Source: Veillonellales bacterium (lineage in GTDB: Bacteria > Bacillota > Negativicutes > JAAYSF01). From it: 64,000 nucleotides of DNA. The first letter of the stretch is position 1. The number at the start of each line of letters is the position of its first letter. A program made the position numbers and the translations under genes. This document shows positions 9,450-19,034 of this stretch, in pieces. The stretch lies in NCBI GenBank assembly GCA_039680175.1, contig JBDKTO010000026.1, forward strand, positions 2,721-66,720, given 5' to 3'. The notes beneath the pieces were generated by a model. That model made no database searches, was not told where the DNA came from, and saw only the letters and a list, made by a program, of their open reading frames with translations.

Positions 9450-9620
9450 ATGGAGAGCGGGCAAACGGCTTGTCAGTTGCATAGCGGTTTTTTCTTTAGC
9501 TTTTTTAGCCAAGGCTATTATTTTAGCGCTGGCTATTTTGCGTTGGGAAAAATCGAATATGCGGCAAACTTTTTGAAGAATCTCTGCCATGACCCCGAAG
9601 ATATAGAATGCTGTTGCTAA
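9450..9620 (+). CDS. Candidate Phe/Tyr-rich leader peptide (56 aa) of the aro operon
   Basis: GAGGGG lies 9 nt before the ATG. Codons 14-30 read FFFSFFSQGYYFSAGYF (7 Phe and 3 Tyr in 17 codons). The ORF lies between the promoter and a terminator that precedes aroF. Confidence 0.4.
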   Translation: MESGQTACQLHSGFFFSFFSQGYYFSAGYFALGKIEYAANFLKNLCHDPEDIECCC

Positions 9621-9650
9621 GTATGATATAGTAAAATGCATATCCGCCAG

Positions 9651-9691
9651 AGAGAAGAGGTTCTTACTAAAAGAACCTCTTCTCTTTTTTT
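9651..9691 (+). terminator. Intrinsic terminator/attenuator in the aroF leader
   Basis: A perfect 15-bp stem (AGAGAAGAGGTTCTT / AAGAACCTCTTCTCT), loop ACTAA and a T-run. It ends 26 nt before the aroF ATG. Confidence 0.85.
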
Positions 9692-9717
9692 CGCGGGACA
9701 ATTGAGGAGGAGAGAGT

Positions 9718-10719
9718 ATGTTGGTTGTCATGAGAACGGGAGCTCCCCGGGAAGAAGTGGAAAAGGTTCATGCCAGATTGATGCAGATGGAGGTGGAAGT
9801 TTCCCGCATTGAAGGGACGCAGCAATCTGTTTTTGCCTTAGTGGGGGATACCAGCAAACTGGATTTAGGCGCTGTCGCCGCTAATCCCCAGGTTGAAAAA
9901 ATTATACGGGTTCAGAAGCCTTATAAATTGGTCAGCCGAATTTTTCATCCGGCTGATACGGTTGTTGAAATCGGCAGCTGCAAAATCGGCGGCGGACACA
10001 AAGCAGTGATCGCCGGACCCTGTTCGGTAGAAAGTGAAGAGCAAATGATCCATACGGCTTCCCTGGTCAAGGGCTATGGCGCTGCCATGCTGCGGGGCGG
10101 CGCTTACAAGCCTCGTTCGTCACCTTATAGTTTTCAGGGAATGGGGGAAGACGGACTGAAGTTATTGGCGAAAGCCAGAGAAGCTACCGGGCTGCCTTTT
10201 GTAACGGAAGTGATGGATCTGGAAACTTTTGATCTGGTAGAGGAATATGCGGATTTGGTACAAATCGGTGCGCGAAACATGCAGAATTTTCCACTTTTAA
10301 AGCGGGCCGGCAAAAGCGCAAAGCCGGTTCTGTTAAAAAGAGGATTAAGCGCCACGCTGGAAGAATTTCTAATGGCTGCCGAATATATTCTTTCCGGCGG
10401 CAATTCTCAGGTGATTTTGTGTGAACGGGGGATCAGAACTTTTGATACCTATACCAGAAATACCCTTGATATAAGCATTATTCCGGCAGTTCAGGAACTA
10501 AGCCATCTGCCGATCATTGTCGATCCCAGTCATGCCTGCGGCAAGTGGTCGATGGTGGAGACACTGGCTAAAGCCGCGATGGCCGCCGGCGCTGACGGGC
10601 TGATGATTGAAGTTCACCATCAACCCGAACAGGCTTTATGTGACGGAGCCCAATCGTTAAAGCCGGAAAAATTCGGGCGGCTCATGTCTTCCGTACAGAA
10701 AGTTATGGCTGCTGTGTAA
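9718..10719 (+). CDS. aroF: 3-deoxy-7-phosphoheptulonate (DAHP) synthase, type I-beta, with an N-terminal ferredoxin-like/ACT-like regulatory domain
   Basis: It has GPCSVESEEQ, LRGGAYKPRSSPYSFQG and KRG motifs. An N-terminal extension of about 70 aa resembles that of the Thermotoga-type enzyme. Confidence 0.9.
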   Translation: MLVVMRTGAPREEVEKVHARLMQMEVEVSRIEGTQQSVFALVGDTSKLDLGAVAANPQVEKIIRVQKPYKLVSRIFHPADTVVEIGSCKIGGGHKAVIAGPCSVESEEQMIHTASLVKGYGAAMLRGGAYKPRSSPYSFQGMGEDGLKLLAKAREATGLPFVTEVMDLETFDLVEEYADLVQIGARNMQNFPLLKRAGKSAKPVLLKRGLSATLEEFLMAAEYILSGGNSQVILCERGIRTFDTYTRNTLDISIIPAVQELSHLPIIVDPSHACGKWSMVETLAKAAMAAGADGLMIEVHHQPEQALCDGAQSLKPEKFGRLMSSVQKVMAAV

Positions 10720-10732
10720 AGGAGAAAAGCGT

Positions 10733-12010
10733 ATGCTTGTAATTAACAAAATCGGCAAAATTTCCGGCAGAATCACGGTGCCCGGCGACAAATCAATTTC
10801 CCACCGGGCGATTATGCTGGCTGCCATCAGTTCGGGCAGAAGCGTAATCGAAGGTTTTTTGAACGGACAGGATTGTCTCAGTACCATGAATTGCTTTCAG
10901 GCTTTGGGTATTGACATTCAACAGACCGGACAGCGGGTAGAAATACAGGGCAAGGGGCTTTATGGCTTGCAGGAACCTACGAATGTACTGGATGCGGGAA
11001 ATTCCGGCACTACCATGCGGCTGATGTCCGGTATTTTGGCCGGACAGAATTTTATGAGTATTATCACCGGTGATTCATCCTTGCGGCAGCGGCCTATGGC
11101 CAGGGTCACCGCGCCGTTGCAAAAGATGGGAGCGCGGATTGACGGCCGGGTTACCGGTCAATATGCTCCCTTAGTGATCCGGGGCGGCGGTTTGCAGGGA
11201 ATTACCTGGCAAACGCCGGTAGCCAGTGCCCAAATCAAATCGGCGGTATTATTGGCCGGCCTCTATGCCGCCGGCAAAACCACGGTGGAAGAGCCAATGG
11301 TATCACGGGACCATACCGAACGGATGCTGGCCTGCTTTGGTATTCCGGTTGAGCGCAGCGGCGCGGCAGTTACTGTCGGTAAGGGCAGGCTGGAAGGGCA
11401 GCGGATCAAAGTACCGGGGGATATTTCTTCGGCGGCGTTTTTCCTGGCTGCCGCCGCTGCCCAGCCGGGGGCGCAGCTGGTAATTCAAAATGTGGGACTC
11501 AATCCTACCCGGACCGGCATTATTGACGTATTGCGGCAAATGGGCGCCGATATTCGCCTGGCCAATGTTCAAAGCAGCGGCGGAGAAGAAGCGGGCGATT
11601 TGATTGTAACAGGCGGCGAGCTTCACGGTACGGAGGTAACCCGGGAAATGATCCCCCGGCTGATTGACGAAATTCCGGTACTGGCGGTAGCGGCCGCCCT
11701 TGCTCACGGCGTTACCCGGATTACCGGAGCGGAAGAATTGAAAGTCAAAGAATCAAACCGGCTGGCGGCCATGGCGGTGGAATTGGGGAAAATGGGCGTC
11801 GCCATTCGTGAATTGCCGGATGGGCTGCTGATTGAAGGACCGAATCAGATTAAGGGCGCTGCGATCAACAGTTATCATGATCATCGCATTGCCATGGCGA
11901 TGGCTGTTTGCGGCCTGTTTGCCCAGGGGGAAACAAGAATTGCCGACAGTGACTGTATTGACATCTCTTTTCCTGGTTTTGGCAAATTATTACAGCAGAT
12001 TACTCAATAG
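10733..12010 (+). CDS. aroA: 3-phosphoshikimate 1-carboxyvinyltransferase (EPSP synthase)
   Basis: It has PGDKSISHRAIML, LDAGNSGTTMRL and DHRIAMA motifs. Confidence 0.93.
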   Translation: MLVINKIGKISGRITVPGDKSISHRAIMLAAISSGRSVIEGFLNGQDCLSTMNCFQALGIDIQQTGQRVEIQGKGLYGLQEPTNVLDAGNSGTTMRLMSGILAGQNFMSIITGDSSLRQRPMARVTAPLQKMGARIDGRVTGQYAPLVIRGGGLQGITWQTPVASAQIKSAVLLAGLYAAGKTTVEEPMVSRDHTERMLACFGIPVERSGAAVTVGKGRLEGQRIKVPGDISSAAFFLAAAAAQPGAQLVIQNVGLNPTRTGIIDVLRQMGADIRLANVQSSGGEEAGDLIVTGGELHGTEVTREMIPRLIDEIPVLAVAAALAHGVTRITGAEELKVKESNRLAAMAVELGKMGVAIRELPDGLLIEGPNQIKGAAINSYHDHRIAMAMAVCGLFAQGETRIADSDCIDISFPGFGKLLQQITQ

Positions 12011-12031
12011 GATATCACGAGGGGTGAATAT

Positions 12032-12865
12032 ATGAAACTTGGTTATCTTGGACCGTCTGGCTCATATAGTTATGAAGCGGCCTGCCGCTATGCGGCAAAA
12101 TCTGGGGAGAAAGCAAAATGTATACCTTTCTCCGGCTTTGCCGCTATTATTAATGGCGTGGAGCAGGGCAGGCTGGACAGCGGGATACTGCCGGTGGAAA
12201 ATTCCACCTACGGAGCAGTGGCTAATGCGATGGATATGCTGCTTAACCTATGCAAGACCGCAATTTGCGGTGAAATGATTCTTGACATCGAACATTGTCT
12301 GCTAAGCAGCAGCCCGAATATCAATGAAATTCAATATGTCTACTCTCACGAGCAGGCGCTGGAACAATGCCATAACTTTTTTTCCGAACGTTATCCTCAT
12401 ATTAAGCAAATTCCTTGTTCCAGTACGTCGCAAGCTTGCCAATTGGCGAAAAAAAATGGCGCCGCTTACGGCGCTGTGGCAGGGAAGACGGCGGCAGAGC
12501 TCTATAACCTTTTAGTTGCCGAAGAAAACATTCAGGACAATGCATTTAATCAGACACGTTTTTTAATCATCGGCGGGAACCGATTTGCTCCCACAGGCTG
12601 GGATAAAACCTCGCTTGCTTTTGCTTTTCCCGGTGATTGCCCGGGAAATTTATATAAAATATTAAAATTCTTCGCCGACCGCAATATAAATTTGACTCGC
12701 ATTGAATCCAGGCCGGCGAAAAACACGCTGGGAAAGTATGTTTTTTATATTGATTTTCTAGGACATATTCAAGCTGACGCAAATGCCAGCCTGTTGGAAG
12801 AAATTGAAGAACAGGTGGAATGGCTGAAAATACTAGGCTCTTATCCAATGGATACAAGAGAATAG
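12032..12865 (+). CDS. pheA: Prephenate dehydratase with C-terminal ACT domain
   Basis: It has [25 protein letters not shown] and ESRP motifs. Confidence 0.9.
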   Translation: MKLGYLGPSGSYSYEAACRYAAKSGEKAKCIPFSGFAAIINGVEQGRLDSGILPVENSTYGAVANAMDMLLNLCKTAICGEMILDIEHCLLSSSPNINEIQYVYSHEQALEQCHNFFSERYPHIKQIPCSSTSQACQLAKKNGAAYGAVAGKTAAELYNLLVAEENIQDNAFNQTRFLIIGGNRFAPTGWDKTSLAFAFPGDCPGNLYKILKFFADRNINLTRIESRPAKNTLGKYVFYIDFLGHIQADANASLLEEIEEQVEWLKILGSYPMDTRE

Positions 12866-12884
12866 CGGGACAGGAGGATATAGC

Positions 12885-14027
12885 ATGATGCGTTATTTGA
12901 CAGGCGGCGAGTCCCATGGTTCAGGCTTGATCGGGATGATCGAAGGTTTTCCCGCCCGGGTGGGAATGGACATTGCGGCAATCAACCGGGATTTGGCCCG
13001 CCGCCAGCAGGGTTACGGCCGCGGCGGCCGCATGGCAATTGAAACCGATAAAATCCAATTTCTATCCGGGGTGCGAGGCGGCAAGTCTCTGGGCAGTCCG
13101 ATTAGTTTCAGCATTGCCAATAAAGATTATGAGAACTGGATTCCCTATATGAATCCGGTAAAAATTGAAAGCGACGACAAACAAGTGACTGCTCCCCGGC
13201 CGGGGCACGCTGACTTGCCGGGAAGCATCAAGTATGGTTTTGACGATATTCGCAATGTGCTGGAGCGAAGCAGCGCCCGGGAAACGGCCGTCCGGGTAGC
13301 CATCGGCAGTATTGTCAGGCAGCTGTTGCAGAACTTTAATATTGCGGCTGCCTGTCATGTGGTCAGCATCGGCGGTATAGCTGCCGGTGTTTCTAACTAC
13401 TCTTTTGCCGATTTGGCACGGGCCGAAGAATCACCGGTTCGGGTGGTTGATCCACAGGCGGAACAAAGAATTATCGAACGGATTGATCAGGCCAAACGGG
13501 AGGGTGAGTCATTAGGCGGTGTATTTGAAATTGTGATTACCGGTGTACCGGTAGGGCTGGGCAGCTATGTGCAATGGGATCGCAAGCTGGATGGTCGCTT
13601 GGCCTATGCTTTGCAAAGCATCCAGGCGATTAAAGGCGTTGAATTCGGCGGCGGCTTTGCCTGCGCTTCCCGGCAAGGCTCAGCGGTTCATGACGAAATA
13701 TTTTATAGCCCGGAGCAAGGGTATTACCGCCGGACCAACAATGCCGGCGGCATTGAAGGGGGCATGTCCAACGGCCAGGATATTGTAATCCGCTGTGCCA
13801 TGAAGCCTATCCCGACATTATACAAGCCCTTGCGGACAGTCGATATTAAAACAAAAGCGTCTTGCACCGCTGCCGTCGAACGCAGCGATATCTGCGCGGT
13901 GCCGGCGGCGGCTGTTGTCGGCGAGGCCGCGGCCCTTACGGTGATTGGCGAAGAATTTTTAAGAAAATTCGGCGGCGACAGTCTGGAGGAGATAACAGAA
14001 CGATGGGAGCAGTGGGAAAGGCAATAA
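12885..14027 (+). CDS. aroC: Chorismate synthase
   Basis: It has [16 protein letters not shown] and SARETA motifs. The start could be the second ATG at 12888. Confidence 0.93.
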   Translation: MMRYLTGGESHGSGLIGMIEGFPARVGMDIAAINRDLARRQQGYGRGGRMAIETDKIQFLSGVRGGKSLGSPISFSIANKDYENWIPYMNPVKIESDDKQVTAPRPGHADLPGSIKYGFDDIRNVLERSSARETAVRVAIGSIVRQLLQNFNIAAACHVVSIGGIAAGVSNYSFADLARAEESPVRVVDPQAEQRIIERIDQAKREGESLGGVFEIVITGVPVGLGSYVQWDRKLDGRLAYALQSIQAIKGVEFGGGFACASRQGSAVHDEIFYSPEQGYYRRTNNAGGIEGGMSNGQDIVIRCAMKPIPTLYKPLRTVDIKTKASCTAAVERSDICAVPAAAVVGEAAALTVIGEEFLRKFGGDSLEEITERWEQWERQ

Positions 14028-14208
14028 AGCTGTACACGGGAAGAATGATTTTTGCTGATGAAAGTAAACGATATTCGGCGATTATTGAAGGAATATTTAC
14101 TATATAAATGATAATTGATGGGTATGTTTAAATTGGCTGTGTGACAAAATTCTGATAAAGTTGTAAAATAAATAAACATAGTATTAATTGAATTATTTTG
14201 GCAATGGA

Positions 14209-14250
14209 GCCAAATAATTATCTGTTAACAGATAATTATTTGGCTTTTTT
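14209..14250 (+). terminator. Intrinsic terminator after the aro operon
   Basis: A perfect 16-bp stem (GCCAAATAATTATCTG / CAGATAATTATTTGGC), loop TTAA and a T6 run. Confidence 0.85.
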
Positions 14251-14282
14251 CATTTTCCAGTTGATTCAAAAGGAGGAACGGA

Positions 14283-15008
14283 ATGATTAAATTGGCGGGA
14301 ATCCATAAATATTTTGGTTCACATCATGTTTTAAAGGGAATTGATTTTTCCGTCGACAGCGGTGAAAAGGTGGTGGTCCTTGGACCCAGCGGGTCGGGGA
14401 AAAGTACGCTGATTCGCTGCATCAATCTGTTGGAAAAGCCGACCAAGGGAACGGTGACGATCGACGGCGTGGACATTACGGCGCCCAACGCTCCGGTGAC
14501 CAAAATCAGGGAATCGGTGGCAATGGTATTTCAGCAGTTCAATCTATATCCACACAAGACGGTATTGGAAAACTTAACGCTGGCTCCCATACTGGTGAAA
14601 GGAGTTTCCAAAGCGGAAGCCATTGATTCCGGGCTGGCATTTTTAGAGCGGGTGGGGCTGAAGGAAAAAGCCAAGGCCTATCCATCTCAGCTGTCCGGTG
14701 GACAGCAGCAGCGGGTGGCAATTGCCAGAGCGCTCAATATGCATCCGCAAATTATGTTATTTGACGAGCCGACTTCGGCACTGGACCCGGAAATGATTCA
14801 GGAAGTGCTGGACGTAATGGTCGGTTTGGCCAATGAGGGAATCACCATGGTCGTTGTTACTCACGAAATGGGGTTTGCCCGCCGTGTCGCCGACAGAGTC
14901 GTGTTTGTGGATGAAGGGGAGATTTTGGAACAAGGGACGCCGGAGCACTTTTTTACCAATCCCGAGCACGAGCGGACAAAATTGTTCTTAAGCCGGATCG
15001 TTCATTAG
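14283..15008 (+). CDS. Polar amino-acid ABC transporter, ATP-binding protein (GlnQ/ArtP-like)
   Basis: Walker [10 protein letters not shown], signature [15 protein letters not shown] and Walker [12 protein letters not shown]. Confidence 0.9.
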   Translation: MIKLAGIHKYFGSHHVLKGIDFSVDSGEKVVVLGPSGSGKSTLIRCINLLEKPTKGTVTIDGVDITAPNAPVTKIRESVAMVFQQFNLYPHKTVLENLTLAPILVKGVSKAEAIDSGLAFLERVGLKEKAKAYPSQLSGGQQQRVAIARALNMHPQIMLFDEPTSALDPEMIQEVLDVMVGLANEGITMVVVTHEMGFARRVADRVVFVDEGEILEQGTPEHFFTNPEHERTKLFLSRIVH

Positions 15009-15053
15009 ACGGCCTTGCCGTTATGAAAATAATAAATAAGGAGATGTCAGATT

Positions 15054-15872
15054 ATGAAAAAGGTATCTATTTTGGCGGCTGTTTTTGTAATGATTATGAG
15101 TTTGCTGGTTATAGGCTGCGGTTCAAGCGGTTCGAATTCCAATGCCGGTAAAGACAGCGGGCAGGCCGCTGATATTAAAGCGATAAAAGACAGAGGAGTT
15201 TTAAAAGTCGGCGTGAAAGTCGATGTTCCGAAGTTCGGCTTTAAAGATCCTGCCACCGGAAAAGTAGACGGTATGGAAATTGATTTGGCGAAAGCAATCG
15301 CTAAGAAAATTCTGGGAGACGAAAATAAAATTGATGTGCAGGCAGTAACCGCCAAGACCCGCGGGCCGCTTCTGGATAATGGTGAAGTCGATCTGGTTAT
15401 CGCTACCTTTACGATTACCGATGAACGGAAGCAAAGCTATAATTTTTCCGACCCGTATTTTACCGACGGTGTTGCTTTGATGGTTAAGAAAAACTCGGGT
15501 ATTCAGAGTCTGAAAGATATGAACGGCAAAAAGATCGGTGTGGCTCAAAGCGCAACCAGCAAAAAAGCCATTCAGGATGCAGCGGCGAAAGACGGCGTGA
15601 AAGTCAGTTTCCTGGAATTCGGCACGTATCCGGAAATTAAAACAGCCCTGGATTCCGGGCGGATTGACTGCTTCTCGGTTGACGGCGCTATTTTATTTGG
15701 CTACCTGGATGATTCCACCGTTATTCTGGCTGACCGCTACACTCCCCAGGAATACGGCGTAGCATCGAAAAAAGCGAATACCAATCTGGCTAAAGTAGTC
15801 AATGATACTATTAATGATATGAAGAAATCCGGCGAATTGGATAAACTGATTCAAAAGTGGGGTCTCAAATAG
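15054..15872 (+). CDS. Amino-acid ABC transporter substrate-binding lipoprotein (family 3 SBP)
   Basis: A signal peptide with lipobox LLVIGC. DLVIATFTIT(D)ER is typical of polar amino-acid binding proteins. Confidence 0.85.
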   Translation: MKKVSILAAVFVMIMSLLVIGCGSSGSNSNAGKDSGQAADIKAIKDRGVLKVGVKVDVPKFGFKDPATGKVDGMEIDLAKAIAKKILGDENKIDVQAVTAKTRGPLLDNGEVDLVIATFTITDERKQSYNFSDPYFTDGVALMVKKNSGIQSLKDMNGKKIGVAQSATSKKAIQDAAAKDGVKVSFLEFGTYPEIKTALDSGRIDCFSVDGAILFGYLDDSTVILADRYTPQEYGVASKKANTNLAKVVNDTINDMKKSGELDKLIQKWGLK

Positions 15873-16543
15873 TGAACGGACCGTTTGCTTGGTTTAAGTG
15901 GGAGGCTTTGTTCCGGGACTGGTCGGTATTCGCTGAGGGCTTTGTCGGAACGATTCTGCTTTCCCTGCTCGGGTTGGCACTGGCACTGGCGCTGGGCATT
16001 CTGTTCGGCGTGCTGGGCACGGCGCAAAATAGGCTGCTTCGGGCTATCAACCGGGTGTATGTGGAATTTATTCAAAATACTCCGCTGGTTATTCAAATCT
16101 TCTTTTACTATCATGGTCTGCCTCACTTAGGGGTTATGCTGCCGGTTTTCTCAGTGGGGGTTTTAGGGGTAGGAATCTATCACGGCGCTTATATTGCCGA
16201 AATTGTCCGGGCGGGAATTCAGGCTACACCCAGAGGACAGATGGAAGCGGCTTTGTCCCAGGGATTTTCTTACTGGGGAGCCATGCGGCATATTATCCTG
16301 CCGCAGGCGAAGCGTCTTGCTTATCCGCCGCTGACGAATCAGGCGGTGAGTCTGATTAAGAACACGTCGGTGCTGGCTATGGTTGCCGGCGGCGATTTGA
16401 TGTATCACGCCGATTCCTGGTCCAGCAACAATCTTTATTATGGCCCGGCGTACATTGTTACCGGCTTGCTGTATCTTTCAATTTGTTTTCCTCTGGCCAG
16501 TTATGCCCGGCGTATGGAACGTAAGCTGGAGGTAGCCTTATGA
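15857..16543 (+). CDS. Amino-acid ABC transporter permease
   Basis: His/Glu/Gln/Arg-type permease with an EAA-like loop ([22 protein letters not shown]). The start is uncertain: GTG at 15857 or GTG at 15872. Confidence 0.85.
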   Translation: MGSQIVNGPFAWFKWEALFRDWSVFAEGFVGTILLSLLGLALALALGILFGVLGTAQNRLLRAINRVYVEFIQNTPLVIQIFFYYHGLPHLGVMLPVFSVGVLGVGIYHGAYIAEIVRAGIQATPRGQMEAALSQGFSYWGAMRHIILPQAKRLAYPPLTNQAVSLIKNTSVLAMVAGGDLMYHADSWSSNNLYYGPAYIVTGLLYLSICFPLASYARRMERKLEVAL

Positions 16544-17190
16544 TTCAAGACGTATTTCAGCTGGAAATAATCGGCTTTTTGGGACAGGGATTATTAATTA
16601 CATTGTATATTGCCGTCGGTTCTATTATTCTCAGTACGATCTTCGGCACTATCCTGGGGCTGGCCCGGTTTTCCGGCCACTTTCTCCTTGGCAGGATTGC
16701 CACGTTTTACATTGAAGTGGTCCGCAATACCCCGCTGCTGCTGTTTATTTTGGCAGCTCGGTTTATGACCACTCTGCCGCCGGTTTTTGCCGGCATTACC
16801 GCCATGACGGTGTTCACGTCCGCCATTATTGCCGAAATTGTCCGGGGCGGCCTGAACTCCATCCATAAAGGACAATGGGAAGCAGCCAAGTCCCAGGGAC
16901 TTACGTACTACCAGACTGTCGTCCATATCATTTTGCCCCAGGCACTGCGGAACATGATTCCGCCGCTGGTTTCCCAGTTTACCACGGTCATCAAGGACAC
17001 GTCCTTTGTCTGGGCGGTAGGTATTGAAGAACTGACCGGCAAAGGCATGATCATTATGGGACGGTATGGAACGACGGAACAAGTATTTACTATCTTTGGC
17101 ATGATTGCACTGACGTATTTTGTATTGAATTACGCCCTTTCCGTTGTGGCTCGCAATCAGCAGCGAAAGATGGCTTGCCGGAGCTATTAA
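16540..17190 (+). CDS. Amino-acid ABC transporter permease
   Basis: [25 protein letters not shown] 4-nt start/stop overlap with the upstream permease. Confidence 0.88.
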   Translation: MIQDVFQLEIIGFLGQGLLITLYIAVGSIILSTIFGTILGLARFSGHFLLGRIATFYIEVVRNTPLLLFILAARFMTTLPPVFAGITAMTVFTSAIIAEIVRGGLNSIHKGQWEAAKSQGLTYYQTVVHIILPQALRNMIPPLVSQFTTVIKDTSFVWAVGIEELTGKGMIIMGRYGTTEQVFTIFGMIALTYFVLNYALSVVARNQQRKMACRSY

Positions 17191-17207
17191 CGGCAATAGA
17201 AAGCAGC

Positions 17208-17268
17208 AAACAGGAAGAAAGAACTGCCGGCATTGTGACGGCAGTTCTTTCTTCCTGTTTGCATTTTT
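17208..17268 (+). terminator. Intrinsic terminator after the ABC operon
   Basis: A 22-bp perfect stem (AAACAGGAAGAAAGAACTGCCG / CGGCAGTTCTTTCTTCCTGTTT) followed by GCATTTTTG. Confidence 0.85.
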
Positions 17269-17414
17269 GCAATTTCTGTTCCGGTATCAGTATATGTGAA
17301 ATGCGTCAATGGGGAGGTATTGCACCGATAAAGACGAAACATGATATACGGAGCTTAATCAGCTGACAGGAAGCATTGTCTTAATAACGGCGCCGCTTGG
17401 AGGATAATTAGTAG

Positions 17415-18317
17415 ATGGATATTCAACTATTTCAAACATTTTTGTTAGTAGCAAAATTGAACAACATCACGCAAGCTGCCGAGCAGTTGAATTTTACGCA
17501 GCCAGCAGTCACTGCTCAGATTCGAACCTTGGAAGAGCATTATGGGGTTCTCTTATTTGAGCGTATTGGCAGGAAGCTTTATATTACTGAAGCCGGGCGT
17601 GAGTTGGTTGTACAGGCAGAAAAACTGCTGGTCGTTTACGGCGACGTTAATACCGTCATGCAAAGCTTCTCTGATTTGAATACTCCCATAAGAGTGGGAG
17701 CATCGACTACCGCAGCCAGCTATATTCTTTCACCGGTATTGTTGGACTTTCAAAATCGTGGAATTGTCGGTTCAGTACTTGTAGATATTTGTACTAATCT
17801 TTCCGTAACCATAGAAGGACTTATGGATAATACTTTTGATATAGCGATTGCGCACAATAAAATTAACAGCAGTCAAATAATCCAATTTGAATTGTACAAG
17901 GAAAAATTGATAGGGGTAGCCAGCCGTGATTTGGCTGCCGCAAATAATAATTCACGGGATATAAGCCAGTACCCTTTTATTAATTTCCGCCCGGGGTGTG
18001 TGTATCGAACTAAGGTCGAAGAAGCAGTACAGGAAAAAGAGGTTCATTCCTTTATCGAATACAGCGACGCTGAGGCCATTAAACAGGCAGTGCTGGATGG
18101 AGTGGGTGCAAGTATCCTGCCCTTCGTCCTGGTAGAGCCGTTTTTAGCGAATGGAGCACTGATCGAACTTACTAGTGCGCCGCAGCTCACGTTCGTTATG
18201 TCGCTTGCTTTTCGTAAAAGTAAAGTGCTAACACCAGCCATGAGATCACTCCTTTTTATTTTTACGGAACACGCTAATATTCCCAATGGCCTCACAGAAT
18301 ATCTCGACGCCCAATAA
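17415..18317 (+). CDS. LysR-family transcriptional regulator
   Basis: An N-terminal HTH (FLLVAKLNNITQAAEQLNFTQPAVTAQIRTLEE) and a LysR substrate-binding fold. Confidence 0.9.
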   Translation: MDIQLFQTFLLVAKLNNITQAAEQLNFTQPAVTAQIRTLEEHYGVLLFERIGRKLYITEAGRELVVQAEKLLVVYGDVNTVMQSFSDLNTPIRVGASTTAASYILSPVLLDFQNRGIVGSVLVDICTNLSVTIEGLMDNTFDIAIAHNKINSSQIIQFELYKEKLIGVASRDLAAANNNSRDISQYPFINFRPGCVYRTKVEEAVQEKEVHSFIEYSDAEAIKQAVLDGVGASILPFVLVEPFLANGALIELTSAPQLTFVMSLAFRKSKVLTPAMRSLLFIFTEHANIPNGLTEYLDAQ

Positions 18318-18412
18318 TAAAAGTTTTTTATCGTTTTGATAACTAAACGTAATTTCTCTTGCCCCTTAAGGGGAATTATAATTTAAGTAAGAAGATTAAG
18401 GGGGAAAAAGTG

Positions 18413-18586
18413 ATGCGCGCTTGTAGTTTTGTATGCCTGATCAGCCTTATATTTTTAATTATTGATCAGTTTTACCGTGGACTGAACTGGGAAAAGCTAT
18501 TCATCGGCGGCCTTGTAGCTGTCGCCATATGGACGGATTGCGGACGCTGGTTTCGCTATAAGCTAAGACAGAGGAAACACGTTTAA
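18413..18586 (+). CDS. Small hypothetical membrane protein (57 aa)
   Basis: GGGGGAAAAAG RBS before the ATG at 18413. Two hydrophobic stretches. No family recognised. Confidence 0.35.
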   Translation: MRACSFVCLISLIFLIIDQFYRGLNWEKLFIGGLVAVAIWTDCGRWFRYKLRQRKHV

Positions 18587-18804
18587 ACGGCTGTATCGGC
18601 GAGCTGACAAGGGGGCAGGTTATTGGTCATTGCTTGTCTATTATATGTACCATGACCGTGCCTTTCCACTCCGGCGTGAGTCGGCGGCGGAACTTGTTCA
18701 GTTCGTTGCGAGAAACTACAAGGGGAAAACTAATAAAAACATGGGGCAGGAATACTGTTTTTTAAAACAACATTTCCGCCCCCTTGTTTTAGTTACAATT
18801 CCGC

Positions 18805-19034
18805 CTATTCCAAGTTGAACTCCGGCGCAAACTCTACTCGACCCTGTACCCCATCGAGTCCGCCTTCCGTCAGTTCGCATGCCATGAACACATCTGCCGG
18901 TAGTTTTAAATCCGATCCTGCTCGTCATGATTTGTATGTTCGGCGCAGGCGAAGGCCGTCCGCACCAATTCATAAACATTGTCATAATCTTCCGGTCGTT
19001 CTTGACGGATCAGTACTTTCATTGTCATCGTCAT
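18805..19034 (-). pseudogene. GNAT (YhbS-like) N-acetyltransferase remnant with an internal deletion and frame change
   Basis: An N-terminal 40 aa (MKVLIRQERPEDYDNVYELVRTAFACAEHTNHDEQD) ends in a stop at 18906. A second frame continues LKLPADVFMACELTEGGLDGVQGRVEFAPEF-stop, which looks like a GNAT C-terminus. The acetyl-CoA binding core is missing. Confidence 0.55.

Noticed and set aside
9392-9650. A T-box riboswitch as the explanation for the aroF leader.
   Set aside because: I could find no T-box core sequence (AANNNGGGUGGNACCGCG-like), no obvious specifier-loop/K-turn arrangement, and no UGGN antiterminator bulge. This should still be confirmed with Infernal.
11226-11707. An 85-aa plus-strand ORF and a 134-aa minus-strand ORF within aroA.
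   Set aside because: They are embedded in a canonical EPSP synthase gene and are artefacts of locally GC-rich coding sequence.
13862-14179. ORFs overlapping the aroC 3' end and the downstream spacer (81 aa on the plus strand, 151 aa on the minus strand).
   Set aside because: They are out of frame with or antisense to chorismate synthase. Both are Arg/Gly-rich or AT-driven, with no translation signals.
16594-17196. A 200-aa minus-strand ORF, with others at 16707-16889 and 16908-17102, antisense to the ABC permease.
   Set aside because: It is fully embedded in a well-supported permease gene. The translation is Arg/Gly/Gln-rich low-complexity with no recognisable motifs or RBS. This is a typical antisense artefact.
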